Part shown: positions 30,274-38,169 of the stretch, in pieces
Position numbering within the stretch: the first letter of the stretch is position 1
Layout: every line of letters starts with the position of its first letter
NCBI GenBank assembly: GCA_044226015.1
Contig: JBGAHS010000005.1
Location: 288,001-352,000, forward strand
Length of the DNA stretch: 64,000 nt
DNA from: Candidatus Obscuribacteraceae bacterium
GTDB lineage: Bacteria > Cyanobacteriota > Vampirovibrionia > Obscuribacterales > Obscuribacteraceae
Direction of reading: 5' to 3'
Position numbers and translations under genes: made by a program
Notes under the pieces: model-generated
Seen by the model: only the letters and a program-made list of their open reading frames with translations
Told to the model about the DNA's origin: nothing
The model's database searches: none

Positions 30274-31845
30274 TTGACCGTGTGGAACGAGGGAGTGAAA
30301 ACCTTGGACGATTCGAGCCCCAAAATAACGAAATCTGAGCTCTTACAGCATGAAGATTCCTCCGGTGTTTTTCGGAGAGAACTAGAGGTCCTCGCCTTAG
30401 GAGGTTTGCAGGGCATACAGCGCGGAGTGAGCCAGTCTGCGGGCGACCTTGCCGGTTTCGGAAAAGGGCTTGTGCACGACCCCGTCAATACTGTCACGAG
30501 TTTTGTGAAAGACCACTGGTCTGAAGCGGCTGTCGCCGGTGGACTCGCGGTGCTAGCCCCTCGCAAGTATTTGAACACACTACTTCTGGTCTCCTCCAGT
30601 CGCGGGGTCGCATCGGCAACGATTGAAGGCGCCGTTGGTGCATTTGACACCAGTCAGGATCTCGGCACAGTTAGAGAACGATTTGCCAATCATCTTGCAG
30701 GAGAGACTCGACAACTAGTAAATGCATTGCCAATGACGATAGCTGGAAGTGCTGCAGGGCGAAGTCTTGGTAACGCCGTGTTCGGCAAGAATATGGGTGC
30801 ACTCGATCTCGCTGCGGGTCGGGTCACCATGGCTGAAGTAAAGACGAATGTCTGGAAAATGCATGATCAGGTGTTTCCGCCAAAAGCCAAAATGGCAGTT
30901 GTTGATCTCGATGGAACTCTGGTATCAACAGGTCGCCATCTGGCACCCGGCATTGAACAAGGTAAGAAACTTCTAGCGAATTCTACTGGGTTAGGAGAGC
31001 AGGTCGTTTCGGACTTGCTGAATGAACAGTTCAAGAAACTGAACTCGTTCGTGAATCCTTGGACTGTCGAACTTGCCTTCGCCGAAAGGCTGAATGTTGG
31101 AAAGCCTGGTGGCATGAGCGCCGCTGAATTCAAAACGAAAATCAGCGACCCATATTGGCAGATTTTCAAAGATAACATAAAATCCGAACTCACTGTGTAT
31201 GAAGGGGCACGCGAGACTTTGAGTGCCCTCGGAAAAAATGATGTTGCAGTAAGCATTTTTACAAACTCTCCTGCTGTAGGAGCCCTGCCCCGCTTAGAGG
31301 CGACGGGCTTGCATAAGGTAGTGAAGAATTCAATTATGCTAGAAAATCCCGTGCCACCAACCAGTCTCTCTGCAGAGCTCGTCAAGATTGGTGAGGAGCG
31401 TATGGCAGCACAGATGTTCTCCGACCCCAGCTTTGCGCAAGTGGCTCGCACGCTTAAAAAACCTGACCCGCAGGTTGTGCAAGCAAGAATGCAAGAGCAG
31501 GGTGTGCGACCAAACGAAGTTATTGTTATCGGTGACAGTCTCGAAGCTGATATGGCGCTGGCACAGAAAACTGGTGCTCGCGGGCTCTGGGCACGTTGGA
31601 ATGAAGCTGATACCGCATATGATGCTATGCTCAATCGTGTAACTGGTGGCAACTTTCCGCCTGCAAAAAAGAGCGGAGTGCCTTTTGAAGTTGAACTGAA
31701 GACGGTGCCGGAAATACTAAATCACTTGCGACCGCCGCGTAACATTGGCGGGCTGATCAAGAACAATGCTTCCTTTGGAAATTGGTATGTGCCGATTCAG
31801 TCTTATGGTTTGAGTTTGACTCCACCGGCAGGCGAGAAAAAGTAG
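30274..31845 (+). CDS. HAD-superfamily hydrolase with ~200-aa Gly/Ala-rich N-terminal extension
   Basis: DLDGTL (motif I), FTNS (II), KKPDP (III), IGDSLEAD (IV); TTG at 30304 after GAGGGAG is a likely start. Confidence 0.8.
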   Translation: MTVWNEGVKTLDDSSPKITKSELLQHEDSSGVFRRELEVLALGGLQGIQRGVSQSAGDLAGFGKGLVHDPVNTVTSFVKDHWSEAAVAGGLAVLAPRKYLNTLLLVSSSRGVASATIEGAVGAFDTSQDLGTVRERFANHLAGETRQLVNALPMTIAGSAAGRSLGNAVFGKNMGALDLAAGRVTMAEVKTNVWKMHDQVFPPKAKMAVVDLDGTLVSTGRHLAPGIEQGKKLLANSTGLGEQVVSDLLNEQFKKLNSFVNPWTVELAFAERLNVGKPGGMSAAEFKTKISDPYWQIFKDNIKSELTVYEGARETLSALGKNDVAVSIFTNSPAVGALPRLEATGLHKVVKNSIMLENPVPPTSLSAELVKIGEERMAAQMFSDPSFAQVARTLKKPDPQVVQARMQEQGVRPNEVIVIGDSLEADMALAQKTGARGLWARWNEADTAYDAMLNRVTGGNFPPAKKSGVPFEVELKTVPEILNHLRPPRNIGGLIKNNASFGNWYVPIQSYGLSLTPPAGEKK

Positions 31846-31893
31846 GAATTGGAATTTGCGTTGCAATTATATTAGAATCTGATTTGCTCGGGT

Positions 31894-32952
31894 TTGATGG
31901 AATTTGCGATGTCAAAAGCTTACTGGAACTCACTTTCTTGGTCAATGCCGCTTAAGCCGCAGCTTTTGATTGCACTATTGTTAGTGGGCGTTTCTCTGTT
32001 CTGTGCCGGGTCCGTTGCAAAAGAAAGAGAAGCCGGCTTTGCCGGTTTAGAGTTCTTTGGTTCATCTCAAACATCGAGACCAGAAATCGATAAGGTCTTA
32101 CATCTGAAGCCTGGTGCTACAATTGAAACTACAGAGAAGGCGGTGGAACGTCTTCAGCTTGACTTTGACAAGAGAAATGTGAAGGGTACGGTAGAGCTGG
32201 TTCCAGATTCTGGAGAGTACTTTATTGTTGTCGACGTTGCAGAGACCGGGTACAGCAACAAGACGGTAAACCGAAGGCTCATTGATTCGCATCATATTTA
32301 TATGCAAAATGAAAAGCCGATGGATTTGCTCTTGCAGTTAAAGGCAAGAATGCAAAAGTTGGTTGATGAAGGACGTGCGACAAGCGAACGATATCAGGAT
32401 GGCATCAGGCTCTTTGGTGATGCACCATGTCTCAACCTTGCAGAGAGTTTGATGAAATCACTCCAAGGTCAAAGACCATATATTTTCAAAATTCTTGCTA
32501 GCGATCCCAATGGAGAGCGAAGAGCCATGGCTGCTGATTTGCTCAACTGGTGTGAGGATCCTGTCGGTAATTGTGCAGAGCTTATTCCAGCTCTGGACGA
32601 TAGTGATGTACGGGTGCGTATGGCAGCTTCAAAGTATATTTGGGCCAGAATAGACATGTTGCCTTCTGAATTTCCTTATCAGGATCTCGTTGATGGTTTG
32701 AGTCGGCAGCTTGCAAGACCTTCTCATCATGATCGTGTGAGAGCGCTTGCATCGTTAATCGCTCTAGCAAAGCACGATGGTGATAGTGTTATTTTGATCA
32801 AAGCTGCCGATGAAGCAAAACTGAAAGAGATCGTTTCGACATCCGTTATACCAAGTGTACAAAACTCTGCCAGGCAGCTGATGTCGTTTTGTACTAATCC
32901 TCCGGCACCAAAACGGCATCAGAGTATTCAATCGCCTGATTCTGACTATTAA
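31894..32952 (+). CDS. Exported protein with POTRA-like N-terminus and HEAT-like repeats
   Basis: Hydrophobic N-terminus; GLEFFGS...I...LKPG (POTRA-like); ALDDSDVRVRMAA (HEAT). Confidence 0.6.
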   Translation: MMEFAMSKAYWNSLSWSMPLKPQLLIALLLVGVSLFCAGSVAKEREAGFAGLEFFGSSQTSRPEIDKVLHLKPGATIETTEKAVERLQLDFDKRNVKGTVELVPDSGEYFIVVDVAETGYSNKTVNRRLIDSHHIYMQNEKPMDLLLQLKARMQKLVDEGRATSERYQDGIRLFGDAPCLNLAESLMKSLQGQRPYIFKILASDPNGERRAMAADLLNWCEDPVGNCAELIPALDDSDVRVRMAASKYIWARIDMLPSEFPYQDLVDGLSRQLARPSHHDRVRALASLIALAKHDGDSVILIKAADEAKLKEIVSTSVIPSVQNSARQLMSFCTNPPAPKRHQSIQSPDSDY

Positions 32953-34174
32953 TCAATTTGCTTTGATTTGCAAGGTCAATTTGATTTATTTGTTGTTCCG
33001 TTTCTTTCGTGTTTCGTCCATTTATTGTCTGAAAGCACCAGAGTTCTTCTAAAGCTTCAAGTTGTTCCTTTTCCTTGGTTTGAGCAATCTTTGCTTTCAA
33101 TATGAATTCGCGAGCTAAGGCTTCATTGTACAAATACTGCAATCCACCTATTAGATCGCTGCTGTAATTTCTGCGCTTTTTCTGAGGTGGTATTGTTTTT
33201 GAGCCCATCCATGTTTTGTGGAAATGCGAATCTAAAAATGGTTTGAATGGTATTGATTTACTTGTGCCGAAGTTATAAATGCTTTTTTTCAAATTACCGT
33301 AGTACCATTCATCGACTTTATGGAGTAATGAGATTTGCTTGTCTACTTCGCTTTTCTCTCCTCTCCACTGGAGAAATTGGGTGTATTCAGAACGTCTTAA
33401 GTACTCGCACTCGATCCAGTCATCCTTCGGATGCGAATTTTGATTTAGTTTTACTGCTTCTGCAATCGCTTTCTCATAGCAAGATTTTGCCGCGTCGAAA
33501 TCGTGCAGAGCTGCATAGCACCAGGCGAGTATACGAAGGTCTGGTGCCTTGCACTTCAGAAGCCATTCCTTCGCAAGCTCAGGCTGATCATCGTTGATCT
33601 CTACTTCTGCAATGTCTGTATAGACACTTTCCATAGGGTTCCATTTGTCTTCGTCGGTAAAGCGCAGATTCAATGCTTGTAAGTCTTTTAGTCTTTCAAG
33701 CAGTAGCTGCTTTTCCTCGTTGCTTTTGTGCATTCTAAGGTACAACTCAAGGAGTTCAGTGTAGAAAGTTGACCTTTCAATATCGTGATCGTTTTTTTTC
33801 TTGTCGCGTGCCATCATAACTCGATAGAGAGCTTCAGCTTTCGCATCTTGCGTTCCGGCTTCATATTGCCTTGCCAGTTCGAGTACCAGATCGCTTAAAC
33901 GCGGGTTCTTTAATGAGGAATTTTCGACACTTTTAAAATAAAGCTGGTTCTGAGATGGGCTCTCTGTATTGTTGGCGGCAGAACAAAGAAGAAGGTTTGC
34001 AATGTCTGTATTCGGGCAGCGAATCGCCAGATAGGTTCGGTCAAAACAGCTGAGTTGCTGAAGAAGAAAGGCTACAATTAACAAGCCTGCTACTGCAAGC
34101 ATGCTGGCAGATGAGCAAATAATCTTGCTTGAGCAAGTTAGGTCTTTGGGATTTGAAGGGAAATTGAATGTCAC
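32894..34174 (-). CDS. Membrane-anchored TPR-like hypothetical protein
   Basis: N-terminal TM; LAWCYAALHDFDAAKSCYEKAI TPR-like helices. Confidence 0.65.
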   Translation of the reverse strand: MTFNFPSNPKDLTCSSKIICSSASMLAVAGLLIVAFLLQQLSCFDRTYLAIRCPNTDIANLLLCSAANNTESPSQNQLYFKSVENSSLKNPRLSDLVLELARQYEAGTQDAKAEALYRVMMARDKKKNDHDIERSTFYTELLELYLRMHKSNEEKQLLLERLKDLQALNLRFTDEDKWNPMESVYTDIAEVEINDDQPELAKEWLLKCKAPDLRILAWCYAALHDFDAAKSCYEKAIAEAVKLNQNSHPKDDWIECEYLRRSEYTQFLQWRGEKSEVDKQISLLHKVDEWYYGNLKKSIYNFGTSKSIPFKPFLDSHFHKTWMGSKTIPPQKKRRNYSSDLIGGLQYLYNEALAREFILKAKIAQTKEKEQLEALEELWCFQTINGRNTKETEQQINQIDLANQSKLINSQNQAIEYSDAVLVPED

Positions 34175-34234
34175 TTCGAATTCTCCCGGAGGATAATTCC
34201 ATCCTATTCCTATTCGCTCAGAAACGCTAATTAC

Positions 34235-34573
34235 CTATTTCTTTTCCGGCTTTCTTGTTTCTTCAAGACGCCCTCTTCCATCATAGAGGCAACGCTCTAC
34301 AGGATTCCCGCCAAGCAGATGTTCCTCGACAATCTGTGTGGCATCTTCTCGCGTCAGATGCGCGTACCACACTCCTTCAGGATAAACGACAGCCATAGGA
34401 CCGTTCCCGCATTGATCCATACAGCCCGCCTTGTTGATGCGAATTTCCTGCTTCAGTCCTCGTTTTGCAATTTCTGCACGCATTGCATCCATAACTTCAT
34501 CAGCGTGTTGCTCAGAACAGGTTTTACCTGTGGTGCAGACAAATACATGTTTCTTGTAGATTTCTTGTTTCAT
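34235..34573 (-). CDS. Thioredoxin-like (2Fe-2S) ferredoxin
   Basis: HVFVC...C and GCMDQCGNGP..VVYPEGVWY motifs. Confidence 0.92.
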   Translation of the reverse strand: MKQEIYKKHVFVCTTGKTCSEQHADEVMDAMRAEIAKRGLKQEIRINKAGCMDQCGNGPMAVVYPEGVWYAHLTREDATQIVEEHLLGGNPVERCLYDGRGRLEETRKPEKK

Positions 34574-34888
34574 TGATTACGCTCTTTGTCGCTTATTTGA
34601 TTTGCGAATTGCTAATTTGAGGTGTGCTTAGGCTTGGGTCATGTGAGTCTCGAGTGAAGCTGTTTGCTATCGAGTTTTGATCGCGCTGAAGTTGTCGAAC
34701 AATAACGAATCTCAACAGGCTTCCCTTCCTTTTGCTTTTGCCTTCATGCGTCCATGCTTCCATATAAAGGATAACAATCCGGAATCAAGTTCAGCCAGCC
34801 TCTGGATTAGCCGCTGCTCACATAAGAGCCATTGTTGCTGTCAAGGTGCGGCGTCAGCAAAGCTTCGTTACGCAAAAATCGCGAAAAC

Positions 34889-34918
34889 TTGACGATTGCA
34901 CCGCAGACTTGTGAAAAT
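34889..34918 (+). promoter_or_regulatory. Putative sigma70 promoter of rplJ-rplL
   Basis: TTGACG-18 nt-GAAAAT with extended-10 TG, just upstream of the L10 leader. Confidence 0.45.
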
Positions 34919-34939
34919 GACCTTTGCTTCTGTGAGGAA

Positions 34940-35095
34940 GCGACCGTAGACAGTCTGGTGCGAACTTCGGTTCACTGAAAGGTTCGTCAGAGCCGCCAGC
35001 TAGAGGTCACAAACGACAATTCAAAAGTCGACCGGGAGATTTATCCCGATTTGTGTACCCCTGCGGATTTATATCCCAGGGATTTCGCTTTTTGG
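34940..35095 (+). ncRNA. L10 leader (ribosomal protein L10 autoregulatory element) with downstream hairpins
   Basis: GACCGTAGACAG.CTGG...CCAGCTAGAGGTC matches the ACCGUAGACAG...GAGGU core; directly upstream of rplJ. Confidence 0.82.
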
Positions 35096-35147
35096 ACTCT
35101 CTTAAGTCAACGGCAATCAATACGACTCTCTGTAAAAAGAGGCATTA

Positions 35148-35675
35148 ATGGCTACCAAAACAAGAAAAGAAGAAATTGTGGCGGAGCTTGAGGCGCTTTT
35201 GGAAAAGAGCAGTGTTGTCATTGCGGCTGACCTCTCCGGATTTACCGTTGAGGAAATCACAAAGTTTCGCAGGAAACTAGACAAAGACAATGCTCAGTGC
35301 AAAATCGCCAAGAACACCCTTATAAGCATTGCTAGTTCGAAGGGCGTTTTCGCCCCAATCAAGGACGTAGCAAAAGGACCGATAGCCCTGATTCTAGGGT
35401 TTGAAGACCCAGCCGCTCCAGCTAAAACCACTCTAGCTTTCCTCAAGGAAAAAAAGAAGGGCGAAGTTAAGGGCGCTGTGCTTGAAGGAAAGCTACTGAC
35501 ACCCAAACAAGTTAAAGATGTTGCAGACCTACCATCGAGAGAAGTTCTCCTTTCTGGTATCTGTGGCGGCTTGAACTCCGGAGCTCAAGGCATTGCAGGC
35601 ATTCTCAACAATGTCATTGCCGACATTGCTGTACTCGTCGAAAAAGTCGCCGAGAAGCAGAATGGCGCAGCCTAG
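35148..35675 (+). CDS. rplJ: 50S ribosomal protein L10
   Basis: GFTVEEI..FRRKL, KNTL, LPSREVLL; upstream of rplL. Confidence 0.96.
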   Translation: MATKTRKEEIVAELEALLEKSSVVIAADLSGFTVEEITKFRRKLDKDNAQCKIAKNTLISIASSKGVFAPIKDVAKGPIALILGFEDPAAPAKTTLAFLKEKKKGEVKGAVLEGKLLTPKQVKDVADLPSREVLLSGICGGLNSGAQGIAGILNNVIADIAVLVEKVAEKQNGAA

Positions 35676-35730
35676 TCGCTTGCTAAACGTTATTCATTGA
35701 TTTATTGAACTCAAAAGGAGATTTCAAAAA

Positions 35731-36117
35731 ATGGCTACTAAACTATCAGTAGAAGATTTGCTCGAACAAATCGGCAATCTGACCCTTATCGAAGCAGCTG
35801 AACTCAAGAAACTCATGGAAGACAAGTTCGGCGTAACAGCTGCTGCTCCTATGGCTATGGCTATGATGCCAGGCGCCGCTGCTCCAGCTGCAGCTGCTGA
35901 AGAAAAGACCGAATTCGACGTAATCCTAACTTCAGTTGGCGACAAGAAGATCGAAGTTCTCAAGGTCGTTCGCGAAGTTACCGGTCTCGGTTTGAAAGAA
36001 GCCAAAGATCTCGTAGATTCAGCTCCAAAGCCGCTGAAGGAAAAGATCAAGAAGGAAGATGCAGAAGCAATGAAAGCCAAGCTCGAAGCAACAGGCGCAA
36101 AGGTCGAAATCAAGTAA
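35731..36117 (+). CDS. rplL: 50S ribosomal protein L7/L12
   Basis: [40 protein letters not shown]. Confidence 0.98.
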   Translation: MATKLSVEDLLEQIGNLTLIEAAELKKLMEDKFGVTAAAPMAMAMMPGAAAPAAAAEEKTEFDVILTSVGDKKIEVLKVVREVTGLGLKEAKDLVDSAPKPLKEKIKKEDAEAMKAKLEATGAKVEIK

Positions 36118-36139
36118 ACCTTTCTTCCAAGAAACTATT

Positions 36140-36168
36140 AAGAGGGCTGATTTTTCAGCCCTCTTTTT
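36140..36168 (+). terminator. Intrinsic terminator after rplL
   Basis: AAGAGGGCTGA-TTTT-TCAGCCCTCTT followed by T-run. Confidence 0.9.
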
Positions 36169-36423
36169 GTTTGCTGTGTGTCGGATAAGATTTTTCTTGT
36201 TGGAACTCTTTGCAGCAAAGAACTGACAGAACTCTGTTCAGAACTGCGTTTACAGGAATCAAGCTGAAAACGCGGCAGAAATGCTGCGGCGGCTCTGCTA
36301 GACTGAATCAGGGGGCATTTAATCTTACTAGAGCGTTAAACTAGACTGAAGTACCTTCAGCCTAAAGTTGCTAAACTGATAGTGCTCAACAAAAGACGGA
36401 GGGCGGGTTCCGCCAAAAGAAGT

Positions 36424-37995
36424 ATGCAGTGTCCTGGTTGCGGTCTTTATCATCCGGCTAGATATGAACAATGCGTTTCCTGCGGGCGTCAGTTGAATGG
36501 TGGCGAAGGTGGTGCTGCCCCTTCCAGCGCTGCGGAAGAATCGCCGCAGTTTGAGCAGGAAGAACATGATGATGAGGTAGATGCTGGGCGTCGTCGCCCG
36601 GCAAAAGCAAAGCCAGCTGGCAAAAAGAGCTTGCCGCTGGCGATGATTGTTATCGGAGTTGGCATTTTGCTTGCTTCGGCTGGTGGCACATTTTTCTTTT
36701 TGTCACGACCACCTGAAAGCGACAGATTGCTATCTGAAGGTCAGAAGCAATTAGCAAATGGACAGTTCGCCTTTGCTGAGAAAACACTTGAACAGGCTCG
36801 CGCGATCAAGCCTGATGATCCCAAAATTTTGTTGAGCCTTGCTCGAGCTTATGTAGGAACTGATCAGGTAGAACGCGCATGGAGCTGCGTTACTCAAGCA
36901 AAAGAGACAGGGTCTGGGGTGCTAAGTGACCCGCAGCTCGCATCTGATCTCGCGAAGTATTACATTCAGCGCAATCAATACTCTCGCGCGTCGGATTTGT
37001 TGCGTCCTCTGGCAGAACAAAACGTTCCGCACAAGAAGACTGAGCTGGCAGACCTTGATGCATTGTGGGGCGATGATTGTTTTAACCGTGGAGAAACTCC
37101 GCAGGCTTTGAAGTGTTGGGAAGAAATAAAACAACTCGGTGAAGGTTCGCGTTTCTCAGAATGTGATACCAGACTCGCCACCATTTATCAAAAGCTATCG
37201 AATGAGGCTTTTGGCAAAGACGATATCGATGGCGCCATAAATGCGCTCAATAATTTAAATCATCTGGCGCCGAGCCCGCAGACTTACGAGAAGTGCGGTG
37301 ACTTGTATGCCAAGAAGGGCCAGTTGGATCTAGCCATCGAGCAAATTCGCAGCGCGATTAAAGCCGGAACGGGCTCGAAGGAACTCAATCACAAGTTAGC
37401 TGCATTGATGTCGAAGCATGGCAAAGAGTTATTGGCAAAAGGAAATACCGAAGACGGCTATGCTTTCTTGCAACAAGCGCAGAGCTACGATAGTTCGCTG
37501 AAGCTTCCGACAGTGGGGTTGCAGGACGTCAACATTAGTGTTGACGCACAGGGCGGGCTGGTTCGTGCAACTGGACGAGCTTGGAACCCGGGTCCTAATC
37601 AAGTTTCCTATTTGACAGTGAAAGCAGAACTGTTTGATACCATCAATTCCCAGCTTGTCTGGTCAAAAGACCAGCGAGTGGTAGACGAATTTGTAGCGCC
37701 ATTGCAGAAAAGTGATTCTCGACCTTTCGAAATTTCTGGTCCTTTGACAGTTGGACAAACCGGTCTTGAGTTGAGAGTGTATCTTGATGGAAGACTTTAT
37801 AAGAGCTTCGAGTTGGGCAAAGAGGGTGGAACATCTCAGCCTTCTGCTCAGGCACCGGCGCAGGAAGCTCCACAACTGAGACCAGCACCGAATATGCCTC
37901 AAGTCGCTCCGCCAATTCAGCAGAATCCAAACACTGCCGCACCTCCACCTGGGGGAGTTTCGCCGGAAGAGCGAACCCTGCGCGATCTGGAATAG
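36424..37995 (+). CDS. Zn-ribbon + TM + TPR protein with C-terminal beta (FxLYD-like) domain
   Basis: ATG 36424 gives MQCPGC...CVSC; TM segment; multiple TPRs; AELFD-containing beta domain; Pro-rich tail. Confidence 0.75.
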   Translation: MQCPGCGLYHPARYEQCVSCGRQLNGGEGGAAPSSAAEESPQFEQEEHDDEVDAGRRRPAKAKPAGKKSLPLAMIVIGVGILLASAGGTFFFLSRPPESDRLLSEGQKQLANGQFAFAEKTLEQARAIKPDDPKILLSLARAYVGTDQVERAWSCVTQAKETGSGVLSDPQLASDLAKYYIQRNQYSRASDLLRPLAEQNVPHKKTELADLDALWGDDCFNRGETPQALKCWEEIKQLGEGSRFSECDTRLATIYQKLSNEAFGKDDIDGAINALNNLNHLAPSPQTYEKCGDLYAKKGQLDLAIEQIRSAIKAGTGSKELNHKLAALMSKHGKELLAKGNTEDGYAFLQQAQSYDSSLKLPTVGLQDVNISVDAQGGLVRATGRAWNPGPNQVSYLTVKAELFDTINSQLVWSKDQRVVDEFVAPLQKSDSRPFEISGPLTVGQTGLELRVYLDGRLYKSFELGKEGGTSQPSAQAPAQEAPQLRPAPNMPQVAPPIQQNPNTAAPPPGGVSPEERTLRDLE

Positions 37996-38169
37996 ACGAT
38001 TAGCTCAAGGCAGGCTCCTACTTTTAGTAAGCTTTGCCTTGTTGCTGAAATCGTTTGGATTAGCTCAGCTTTTGTAAACAGCACGAACGACGATGCTTGC
38101 ACTTTTTGTGGACTGACTAAGCTCTGTGAGTTTGGGGCATATTCTGAATGACCGGGAAAGGCTATTTCA

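Noticed and set aside
30270..30338. Out-of-frame ATG ORF (22 aa) suggesting a frameshifted HAD start
   Set aside because: In-frame TTG 30304 with SD GAGGGAG explains initiation without a frameshift.
30867..31652. 261-aa minus-strand ORF
   Set aside because: Shadow of the HAD gene, whose catalytic motifs are intact.
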